NCBI GenBank assembly: GCA_001655205.1 | Contig: LPNZ01011689.1 | Span: forward strand, 6,941-70,940 | DNA length: 64,000 nucleotides | Direction of reading: 5' to 3' | Source of the DNA: Lenisia limosa | Taxonomy: Eukaryota; Protista; Breviatea | Shown here: piece after piece, positions 47,140 through 58,700 of the stretch | Layout of the letters: every line of letters starts with the position of its first letter | Position numbering within the stretch: position 1 is the stretch's first letter | Notes under the pieces: generated by a model | Databases searched by the model: none | Told to the model about the DNA's origin: nothing | What the model saw: only the letters and a program-made list of their open reading frames with translations | Made by a program: the position numbers and the translations under genes

Positions 47140-50100
47140 ATGAAGAAGGGACCGGCTGATCGGAATGTTAAATTGACAAATCACCGGCTTGCCTCGTTGC
47201 CTGCTCTTCCTGGTGGTAGAGGTAAGCTTTTTATGGGATTATAATTCTAAGGTATTAGATATATTGTCCAAAATGCCAAAACTAAACTCAATAGGAAAAC
47301 TTGGTCTTGCCCAGTCAAGGCCTGGGCCTTCTGTTTCTCGAAATAATGTGGGCTTAATGCAGAAACAAACGCAGGCACGAACCCACCACCTTGCTTCTCT
47401 TCCCTCGCAAAGTGGCCCTGGTGGTTACAGTGGCAATGTTCAGCAGCAAGAGTACTCCGCACAACAGCAATATTCTCAGCAATATTCCGATTACATGAGC
47501 CACAATTTTCAGACACAGCAGAATCAGTACGCACAGGCACAGCAGTACCAATACGCCATGCAGCAGACGCAGTATCAGGCGCAACCGAAAAGAGGAGGTA
47601 CACGATTGTCATCACTGGGCAACAAAGCAGACCACAATTTTGGGGCTGCTCCACTAGCCACATTAACCAAGTTCGGCTCTGTTGTGGATGATGATGATGA
47701 TGAACTTGACACTCCCACGTCATTCGGCAACCAAGCGTTTGGCAGTGCTCCAAACGAGGCCGGCAGCCAGTTTATGACGTCGAAATCAGACACTGACCCT
47801 GCCCCACGAAGCATCATTCCGGGTGCCGTCGCTTCCCCAAATGTGGGTCTTTTCTATTGAATTGAGGACCCCCTGTTTGCAGTTACAATAATGAATAATG
47901 TAGTATAAATTTATCTTTATTTCACAATTCTTTGTGACACTGCAGCCGCCCCGACGACAGGTCAACTTAGAAACCTCGGATGACGAGGCCTTTTCGGAGC
48001 CTCAATCCGAGCCGGAAGCCCAGACGATCTATGAGTTGTTGCACATGCCTCGGACTATCTCACCACTTAGGTCGCAGTCAATGCGCCTCCCTACGGACTC
48101 CGAATCAGACCAAGAGGTCAGCTTCGGCTTCACTGCGGCGGCACACGTCCCTCCAGTACTGGGCTCTTTTGCCCGACATGAGTCTGACTCTGACGATGAG
48201 CCGACCACCTTCTTCCAGCCGACTATCCCGGGGCCTAATACGCCACGGAGACGCCTGTCTCTTCCGGGCTCCTCTCCGCGGCTCAACAACACGCAAACGC
48301 CACCGCCCTCCGAAACAGTGTCGGCAGCCCAGGGTGCTGATGCCTCTCCGCGTCCCGTGGTCCCGGCTATAGAGGAGGCTGACGAAACCAAGGTATGTTG
48401 ACATGGCAACTTACGATGTTCTCACTTTCCAGGATGCGGTGCCTCAAGCTTCATTGTAAGTTGAGAGCAATGCGGTCACGGAGTGTTTCAATATTTTACA
48501 ATATTTGAGCTTATCGATATAATACTTCATATCATATATATGATATACATGTACTGTATGTGAATATACATGTCTTTTTATTTCCCGCTGATTAATCAGG
48601 GTTGTTCCTGCCACCTTGGTAACGAAATCATCATATGAAAACATTGCTGCTATACCCGTCCGCATTTCATCATTTGTGCCCGCTTTTGAGTCGCCCCGAA
48701 CTGACACATCATCGATCACTGCAAGGTTTGTGGCCCAATATACATATCATAAAGTATATTATAATATGCATAAATACATATATGTATCATATTATAATAA
48801 TATAGTATGTATATGACATGATATGATATATTCAACGGGTATGATGTTAGGCCAAAAGCTAATGTTATATATGAATGACAATGCCCTGTAGGTCTGTGGA
48901 CTCTGACCAGCCACTATCAACATCAAGATTCCGGTCGCCCCGACAGACCCCGCTGTTGGAACCGCTAAGCCAGCGTTCCGTGTCTCCTGCTGAGTCCATG
49001 CAGTATTCCGGCTTGGACGCGTCGGCAGACTTCAGCAGGGGGCCGTTAGTGCCCATCGCCACAAGTCATGCCACATCAAGCTCGTCGCTGCAGTCCGCAA
49101 GAAGTGTCCAGATTCTCAGCACCCAGCCGGAAGACTTGGCATCCCCTCGAAGAACTGAGTCCCCCCGGTGTTCCCCCCGATGTTCCCCCCGCGCCGGCCA
49201 AGATGAGCCACCAATGTCGTACCGCCGCATTGCTCAGGGCGGGAAGACCGACCGACGAATGAGCGCCTTAGACGAGACGAAGGAGGTTGCCTTCACGCCT
49301 GGCCTGGCCAAGTTTGAGAGTGAAGAAAGCTGCATCCCGCTGTCCTCTGTTCCAAGCAAAGCTGAGAAGTACAAAGAGGACATCAACCCCACACAGGATG
49401 GTATGTGACGGCGTTGACATTGATGATCCTTTAGCTTCCGAATTTCTCCGAAGAGAGTCGTTGATTGAGCAGAGAATTGCTAACATGCGGTCCACTCTTT
49501 TGGGCAGCCCGGCCCCCCTTGTAGGCGCGCATTATTGCGCATTTAGTCTCACGCAACCAGGTGGCCCTTGCATCCTTTCCCGTCGTAGAATTTGTTGCTT
49601 CAGTGTTGCTTGACCGCCAGTTGACGACAATACAGGTGAGGTCCCTCCTGGCTTTCGTGACCACTGCAGGTGCTTTCCACAGCCATCCCATTAGTAATGA
49701 TGGCGACTCTTGCCGTCACCCTTGTTTTCGAGACTGCAGGTACGTTGGCTCCTTTCGGGACCTGATTTCCCAGGCATTCGCTGGATAGTGATGGAGAACT
49801 TCTCTCAGACGTTCCGACGGCGTGGTTTTGAGGCTGTTGATCTTTTGGACCAGGGTTTGCCATTTGCATTTCCAGAGCTTCACTTCGGTTCTTAAAAAGA
49901 CTGAATTCTAGATATTTCTTCGAGAAAGATCGATATTATACCTGTCTTCTTGGAACCTAAACCTTTAACTCACAACTCAGTTGAGGCCCTCGGAAAGCAT
50001 CAGTGGTGGGTGGAGTGGGCGGTTGCCTTGAGTCTCTGCATCTCGCTGCTCTGTGCTATGACACGAGCCATTGAAAGTCCGAGTCTCGAGCCTGACGGAC

Positions 50101-53100
50101 CTGCCATTCAGATTCTCATCCTCGTTCACGCCTTCTCTTTTGGTGAGTGTCTTGTCTGCCTGCATCACCTCTCAGCCCTCTACACCGGCCTTCCTCTTTT
50201 TGTCTGCGCTTTTGCAATTGCGCCTTCTTTGGTAAGAAAAATGCGGCATTTTCTATGACTTGACCCACCCAATACATTCACGTTGATGAGCAAACTAAGC
50301 TTGCCGATTACCCCGGCACGTATTTAGCCTGTGACCGCATCAGGTCCTGTACACCGTCTTGATGTTTGTCCGACCGGCACCCCTAGCAAACTTCGTCCCC
50401 CTCTGCGTAGCCCTCGCATTGACCTGGATTCAGGGCAAGGTGGGTCTGACTTAAGGCCTTATTGGGGGTCTGACTTGTAGGTTCGCCGCGCTGAGTTTAT
50501 GAAGAAAATCATGTCGGAACTGATGCTCAACTCGGCGCTTGCCAGACTAGGTTAGTGACTCCCATGTACGCAATGACCCAACAGAGGTATTCAGTGAAGC
50601 CGTTCTGCCGCCAAAGATATGCACAGCGTTAGCGCAGGGACATCCCCCACACATTATCGGCAAACTTCACGAGAACACAGCAGTCATTTGCATGAAGGTA
50701 AATTAGCACTCTCTCAACTGCGTTACGGTTCTCCTTATTGAATCATGACCTGGTCAACACAAGGGCTGACTGTGCAGATGACACCCAACGACGGTGCCTG
50801 TTCCACTTCAGTAGCACGTGACATCGGGAACATTGTTTCGGCTGCCGACGCCCTGGTCTTCACAACCGGAATGTTGGTGGAATGGAATGCTTCAATGATC
50901 TGTCTACATCTACAGTATCAGTATGACGCTATACCAGGCTGAAGCTTGTGGCTGTCACGGACTATTACGCTGTTATCATCCCTTCAAACTGTGATCTTTC
51001 CCCTGCCGCCTTCCCAGCCCCCGCCGCTGCCGCACTTGCTCTTGCAACAGATCTTGCGAGATTACAGGTTCGGTCCGACCGCATTTCTGAACCTGTTCTG
51101 ACTCTTTAGCGCTGCACTTCCGGTAATGTAACAGTATCCGTCGGGATGGCTGCCGGAAAAGTGACCGATGGTGTTGTCGGTAGGCACTGGAGCTAAAGGC
51201 TGATCTTCAGGTGACACGCGTCTCCTGTACAAGGTTGCCGGCCAGATCATTCATGACGCCATTTCTGCAGCCAATATTGCCACAATGGGGCAGTGTCTGG
51301 TACGAGGCTTCCCTGTTGATAACGATCATAGTTTCTGGAAAGCACTTTGCTCGAGATTATCATTGAAACGGGCATAGCATTAACTGCTGAAGAGTGAGTG
51401 GAGACAACTGCTGTAGGCCAGTAACTGACTATTCAGAGAACCCGTTCTCAGTACCCCTCTTTCTCGATCCTTGGATCTAAGTGTTGCGTCAATGGCTACA
51501 ACAACAGATTTCAAAGTGGGTTTCACGGAATATCGTTAATATGGAATATTGGTGTTGATCTTTTGATCCCTCCTTCTTTACTTAACACCTTTAGTTTAAA
51601 AGTGATACTTCCGAAGGTTCCGAATTGGTTTGGGGATGTGATAGTGTATAGTGCTGTGGTTGAAACGGGTGTTATCTAACCGTCTTCAGGTTCGGGGCCA
51701 TGCTCCGGCAAACGTGAAACAGGGAAGGACGGCACCCTTGGCTATGTCTTTTACCTCCACGATGAACTCGACCAAGGTTGGAACCATGTTGTTTGTTCAA
51801 ACAACATGGGGTTGGGGTTGAAGAGTAAATCGACCATTTTTATGAGTTTCATTTCCATTCCAAAGCCGTTGTTTGTGTTCACCATCCAGGACGGGTCCCC
51901 TGAAACTACCTCCGAACTTGCACGTGGCAAGTCTCTAGCTACATCAAATTTCACTCCTGGGGTATGTTCTTCGTTTATTAACACTGGACTATTGAGATGT
52001 AATGGCTTTGCTTTCCGAATAATGAATGAAAAGCTCATGTCAGGACTTATCGCGGTCATTGTACGCTTTTTTGAATTCGTTCTTTTAAATACTACTATAT
52101 ATTGTATGATAAGTTATACCAATACCATTTCCTCCTTTGACCTCTCCCAGAACCTCCAGAACCCGTTTTCATCATCATTCTCCGGAACATCAGCCGTCAT
52201 GATGCATGCCATGTCCACTAAGTTCGTTTTTGAGCCCAAAACCCGTGCCGGCAACGACCGACCTGATATCACGCAAGAAGAAGAAGAGACTTTGCGCGCA
52301 GTCCAGAATGGCGCCACCGCAAGGGTAGGCCTTTTTGGTGTTGTGACCTTCAGATTGCCATGACCAATTTGGATATCGCAGTCCTTACCCCCGATTCGAG
52401 GAAAGAGGCACAGTTGAAGGGACGGAAAATCTTCCTGTGAGCCATCGGGACTTAGATAGCAGCCTCGTATTTATCACGGATTTCATGTTACAGATGTATC
52501 CGTGAGGATCAGAACCAGTTGGATGGAGAGGCGATGCTTGAATGGGCTAAGGGACTTGCATTGGTCCCAGGAGCATTGGGTGGCTTTAAGGTAAGAACTC
52601 TGTTTTCTGTGACTCAAACAATAGTCTTCTTTGATCCGCATCCAAACCCTGCTTGATGATCCCGAACTCAGCAACGATGAACGAGAAAAGTGGGCTCCCC
52701 AATACAGTTGCACTCTTTAATGCAAATGACCACCCAGGTTTATTACGATGCTTCAAAGCACTGACCGAAGACCGAATAGCCTTTTTTCTTGGAGAGCTTT
52801 CCACGATGGAGGTGAGTACTCCTTGTCCAATATAACTTACCATTCAGGTCTAATGCACAAAATCACGCTCCCAACACACACCCCTCGAGTCATGCCACCC
52901 CCATATGAATCAAGGGTTCAGGACTTCTTCTTGAACTCTAATGTGTGTTCTTCTTCTCATTTATCTCTTTAGAAATCCTTTGCTCACCTCATCCTCGCTA
53001 TCATCCTCTACAACACCCTATCTTTGTACCATGTTCTTATTTCAGCCCCAAAATCCTATGGCAATTTGGTTGGTGTGGGAAGCATCAAACTGTCAACACT

Positions 53101-55300
53101 TTCCTGTTTCATTTCCTTAGGGCCAAGCCTTCCTTTTCCTCATAGGTCTTCTTCTTGCCATTCCGGTGTTTCTTATGCTGTATGGCGGTGTGTTTTTTGC
53201 CATGTTCCACCTTTTTGGTTTGACGTTTTAGTCGCGGCGGCGCCAAGAGGGAGAACATTCAAAAGATCAAGCTTCTTTCCGGCATCTGCCTCAGTTCGAG
53301 GGATTCGCTCCATTTGTTAGATATTCACTGTCACTGTTTATCTTGCTTGCTTTCAAGGACTTATTTTCCTGTTCCTTAAGATCACCCCTCAGGTCTTGCC
53401 AGTTTGGTATGTGTACCTATCCCCACCATGTCCCCCCCTCTTTTCGGGCGGATCACAGCATCGACTGCCATAATTGCTGCCACATTCATATCCACGGGTC
53501 TCGGCCCTGTCATTCCGTAGGCTCCTTGCCCCTTTGTATCGTCTTACACTTTAGAATTCTCATAGCCTTCCCGGCGTTTACACTTGTGCACGGTCTTGCG
53601 GTTGTTATTGACACGCTAACCTACAGTAAGACTGTGAAGTTCCGTTAACTTCTTCAGCCCGAATAATTAACGCTTTCGCCAGCCTTGTTTTAGCATTTCT
53701 CGCATTTCAACACAATAATTCGGAATGGGAGAACTATAATTTGAGACTCAAGACCAAGGTAGTGTCTAAAACTATACACAGAGTTAACTATTCAGCTCCA
53801 GCGAAATGCTGTCGTATCTATTGCTGAAGGTTGTTCCATCTTTGGAAAATTCCGCCGTTAATCATACTGTAGAAATGTGTAAAAAGATCCTTCCGACGCC
53901 GCTGAACGTGGACTGGGTGTCGAGCGTCATTCCTGACATGTCCGACCTTAAAATTACGAAAGAATCAACAAAATTGGCTACGAACACGGTTTGGAAACTG
54001 TTGTTGTCACGATTCAGTCGTTTTTTGATGTCGATGACGACATTGTCCCAAGAGATAGTGTATCACGTGCACAGTCCACCGCCTCCACCAATGTTAAACA
54101 GCGTATGCATTCACGACTCCTCATCTCTGTTGATATATTATGTAACTATCACAGAGAAGGCATGCCTTGGTGTAGTTTTATCGAAGACTGATACAATGGA
54201 GAAAGCTATTCTTGGGTCTCTTCCGATCCCACGTGCCATTGTCACCATTGAGGTTTGCGCATGAACTCCCATGCGCTTTGGCTCCTGTAATACCAGGCAA
54301 ATAGCACTTTCTCTGGACGTTCTATCAGGACCAGCCAATTGGGGCACCGAATTAATTATCATTTTATTGTTTAGTGCGCGTCATTCCCCACTTTTTGCAG
54401 TCGATTGGCTGCGAATGAGCTGTTCCAGCTCCTCCGAGCTCTCGACAAAGTTGTCCTTTCCTTGAAGTCCATCACTAAATCCGAGATTCTGCCAACGCCT
54501 CTCTCGGAGCGATGGATGGTTTGCCGCCTCCTTGTCTCTCACGGTTTAGCTTGCGTTTGACGAGGATGATGAGGTCAAGGCTGCACGAAGGAAGTCTTCG
54601 AAACTCAGTAGGCCTGGCCCCTCGGTCTCACTTCTTAGTCGGTTTTGCCATGTCTGAAAGCCGGCTGCCTGAGTGTTCGGCTGTTGTGAGGGCTCTCTAT
54701 GTGGCCTCCTCCACCATCCCCTCCGCACGTGCGCTCAACCTGGTAGGTGCACTTTTTTTTTTCTTTTTTTCTGTGATTCCCTGTTTTACGAAGCCACTGA
54801 CCCCCCCCCCCCCNNNNNNNNNNNNNNNNNNNNNNNNNNNNNNNNNNNNNNNNNNNNNNNNNNNNNNNNAGGTGTCCCTCCGAGTAGTGGTGACGACAGG
54901 CGACTGTGCGGGTATCGCTACTGGCAGTTTGTACCCCCAGTTCTTCCAGGTGAGTTTGCGGCGGCTTTTCTAACACTCCAGTGGGGGCCTGCCATTAGGG
55001 ACATTTCAACGACACTCAGCTCGGCTCGTGTCGGCAACATGATATGCAGTCCCGCCGTCCGCTCCATTGTTGTGGATGTGAGTTATGGCCTGCACCCGCT
55101 TGCTCTTCGTAGTCTCATCCTGTAGAACGAGTCGAAGGTTTTAGCCTCGAGTGTCGGATTCAGTCCGATGCCCTTCTGGGAGGATGGCGTTTGGAGACAA
55201 AGAGGGACGGGCTTCGAATGGGGCGGGTCCTGGCCGAAGCTGCCGGAGGCGGTAAAGGTAGGTAGCAGACAACACGCTCTGATAGTGACCAGCAAATAGG
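47140..55300 (+). CDS. Large membrane protein with a disordered N-terminus and TM-CHD-TM-CHD class III adenylyl/guanylyl cyclase-like architecture; catalytic residues degenerate
   Basis: TM block at about 49980-50440. CHD1: EVFSEAVLPPKICTAL...TAVICMK, ADALVFTTGMLKLVAVTDYYAV, VSVGMAAGKVTDGVVGDTRLLYKVAG. TM block at about 52970-53650. CHD2: EKAILGSLPIP, ELFQLLRALDKVV, LRVVVTTGDCAGIATGSLYPQFFQWGPAIRD. Whether 47140-49400 belongs to the same transcript, and the exact 3' end, are inferred. Confidence 0.65.
49875..49970. mobile_element. Copy 2 of the ~96-bp element, inside a 126-nt intron; right inverted repeat degenerate
   Basis: gagcttcacttcggttcttaaaaagactgaattctagatatttcttcgagaaagatcgatattatacc aligns with 30065-30135. 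Host intron 49855-49980 (GT...CAG) keeps the reading frame. Confidence 0.6.
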
Positions 55301-55742
55301 CCGCTAGTATTTCATTAAACAGTATATTCTCTCTTGATTTGTGACTACATGTTCACTCTTCAGGAGGCCTTATGGAGTATGGAATAATAGTTCTGTATTT
55401 GTAGGTAGTTTATTTTTGTTCTAGGTATCAACTCATTTTTCTTGTTTGTTTCCGTACAATGACGATCATTATTAACAATCTGTTCCATTTCTCTGTTGGT
55501 CAAAACTAGAGTCGTCAGAAGGCGGGCGTCTGAACACTCTTGTCAGCCAAGACGCTGGGGAGTAAGTCAGTGCGGAAGTTACCTTTAGGCGCCTCTTCGG
55601 GTGAACTAATGGACCCCCCTATTCGCGTGGATGCGAGCAGAATGGCATTGGATTTCTAGGCAGTGAACTTTGAAGACAACAGATTGATAGACACCTTTCG
55701 TATTTTCGTGGGGGGCGCTAGTAATGGTTCTTCCCTAAAAGA

Positions 55743-58700
55743 TCAAAACAGCTCATCTCTGAAATGCCAAAATGAATATCTCTTTCCAGGTTTCTGACCT
55801 TGCTTCATTTTGATTACAAGCATCAACTTGGCAGCTGCAATCTTCCGAGAGTTCTTGAGAACCCCTCGCGTCTTTCTCCTTCATGGCGGCCAGAATCATA
55901 TCAAACTCATCAATGGGATCCGGCTCCACCACTGACGAGGTGAAAGGGGTGTATTCAATTCAGACTCGGAAGATGTTTAAATGTTGCTAGCTTATGAAAC
56001 GTAAACTGACATACCTTGTTTCTTTCTTTTTCGTGACCTTGCTTTTGCCTTGGCCTTTTGTTTAACAGAGGTCTTTGCACTCTCTACAGATAAATAATTC
56101 TTCACTCAAAGGCAAACCAGAAGGTGGCTGGCTTGATGAATATTCGGCCTCCACTGCGCTGTTCGCCGTTGTTCTGAACCCCTTGCGCACTGGAAAGTCA
56201 GAGGACTACAGAAGAGACTACTACCTTGTCTTTCTTCTACCAATGCTTTATTGAGCGCTTTTGTTTCCTCAAGATGACACACGGTGCAGAGAGTCCTCAT
56301 GTTTGAGAGAAGTGCTCCTCCACCTCCTTTAGCAACAGGAACTATGTGGTCGGCCTGCCACAAGCGACCTTGTCTGGGGGTCCGTGCCTATGCATTGTTA
56401 CTGCCATCCAATTATCATAAACATCCTATCCGACTCACAATGTTTTCAAGATGCTGCGCAGGTAAAGTAGAGAATATTGAGTCTTTAAGGACAGCAAGTC
56501 GTGCCTAAGTCATAAATTTAAATTAAGCCTGACTAACATTGAGGGTTTGCTCGGTCACAATGCGTTGAAAGAGATTGAGACAGTCCAAAGAGCAATTGGC
56601 ACAAACTGCGTTGTCTGCTGCAGCAACTTCCTTGCGCAAGGAGCCTTGACTACTACGTTAGAGCAGCTTTGACAAACTTGGTGACAATTTTAAAGTCGTT
56701 GTGACAGCGTTGGCAGCAAAAAGGCGTATTTTCGGAGGCGGCGACAAACTAGGAAATAAGTAGTTGGATGTGACAGACCGATTGCTGGCACATTACACAG
56801 AGGGGCAGAATGGATCCATTGATATCCATGAAGAACTAAAGCGTCAGAATGGAAGAATTATAAACTGAGATCATGACTATGGAGCTGAGACCCTTAGCCG
56901 TAAAAAACAAAATAAGGAGAATTTAACTTGATATTCAAGAAGCTGCCACCATAACCTACCTGTTTATAAGTCTTTGAAGAACCAAGGTATGGCCACTCCT
57001 GCTCTTTCATTGTACAGCCTTTGGGAACGCTGCTCTCTGGCCTAAGTAGTTAACTGAGGCTGGCAAGCAGTAGGGCATTGATGGAAGGCATACGGATGGA
57101 GAATTGTGGTGCTGTCGAAATGACGGTTCTTTGAGTTTGCCGTGTGTTGAAGAACAAGGTACTGGTCGAGGGGGAGGCTAGGCATGTTATCATCATTGGG
57201 GTCTTACGTGAGTGAACGGCCTGTTAGGGCTCTTTTTTGAATTCCATTCAACTGCCTCCATCTAGAGCACAGTTACAGCCCCAAATCGTCGGATAACATA
57301 AGGTTAGTAACTCGCATATAAAATGTTTTTTGATTGGGGGGGAGTGATTGCTTTCAAAACGTGTTAAACAAGAAATAGGGATACGGCGTACTCCTCAGCG
57401 AATTTGGTCATTTCGTTCATGGTGACATTACATAGTCTTGAGCGATGCTGGTCCTATACTGTTAAGGATATTTATCGGTCCTATACTGTTAAGGATATTT
57501 ATCGGGATCATTAAGAAATGAAATAGTTTAGGCCGACCAAGACTTCGAGGGTCTGAAATGCAAGCTCATTGGCACCGATGTTGATTGATATGTGCTCCTT
57601 ATTACGGTATATTCTGACCTAAAAAGTGATAACAGAGCCATGAACTGACTCTTGAGGTTACATCTGAAACGTGGAAGGACACCATGCTTTCCAGTTCCTT
57701 TTTTGGGGGCAACAGTGGCTTGGAAACGTTGTGTATTGCGGATGAGAGGGACTGTGGAATGTGGGGTTTCGGAACTGATGCGACACTGCCATCCGCTGAG
57801 GAGTCGTCTTTTGATGAGAAGCGCGACTTTTGCGTCAACTTGGCCAGGCGCAAAACGGACAATTTGGACATTGACCGGGCTGGCGAATGGAAGAGGTCCG
57901 ACTGTAAAGTCATTGGGGTGGGCGGGATGAAGGTCGGAAGCGGCTCTTCGGTCCTAAAGAGTGACGTTGGCAACAGCACACAGGAAGTGCCTACTCAGAG
58001 GTGTCCGTAGCTGGAATTGTCGTTTCGCTCTTTTTGGAGTCTGTCTGTGATATGTATTCATTGAAAACTTCTTTCTGTGAATGCCACTCGCGGTCTTTAC
58101 GGTCATTAGAATCGCCACTATTCAGCAGAACACCATCCTCATCATCAGATAGCATCAAATCAGCTTCAGATGCGCTAATAACCTGAAGACTCCGCTTCAT
58201 AAACTCAGCCGCGACCGCAAGAGGAGGTTTTGAGGCCAGGAGCTGGGAGGCTTGGACTGGTGAACGCGTGATGTGCGTTTCTGGTGCAGGTTATCGGGGA
58301 ATAGTTCTTACTCTGGGAAACTTCAGGGGGGACCTCAGGAGGCGGAGACAAAATCGAAAACTGTGTACTAAACATTGTTATGAGGAATGCTAAGCAATAT
58401 CCAACTTATGTTGATCATGTGAAGCGGGCTGTGTGAGGGCTGATTGAGGCTTAAAAGGGGACTGGTCAGTACTATGTACAACGGACGGGGTGTCTATTTG
58501 TATAAAGTCAAGCTGGACTACCACGAACCACTTAGAGCATCATTAATGAAAAAAGACTTTGTGTTCGGAGTTTTAGGTGTTGCAGGCTCATCTTCACTCG
58601 ATTGCGAGAAAAGGTTCGAATAGTCTGAAGGTGACAAAGCAACCATGGTATACCAAATCTATGGTCTTTCTGGCTGCTTCCACTTCTAGGAGTTGAAGGC

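Noticed and set aside
51751-52363. Overlapping ORFs on both strands suggesting a separate small gene
   Set aside because: The plus-strand pieces splice in frame into the cyclase-like gene; the minus ORF is a shadow.
57455-57500. U12-type signals (ATATCCTT / TCCTTAAC), and a GTATCCCT donor near 57385
   Set aside because: The host intron has a GTCGGC donor, and the GTATCCCT intron has a U2-like CTAAC branch. Neither has a matched U12 donor and branch pair.
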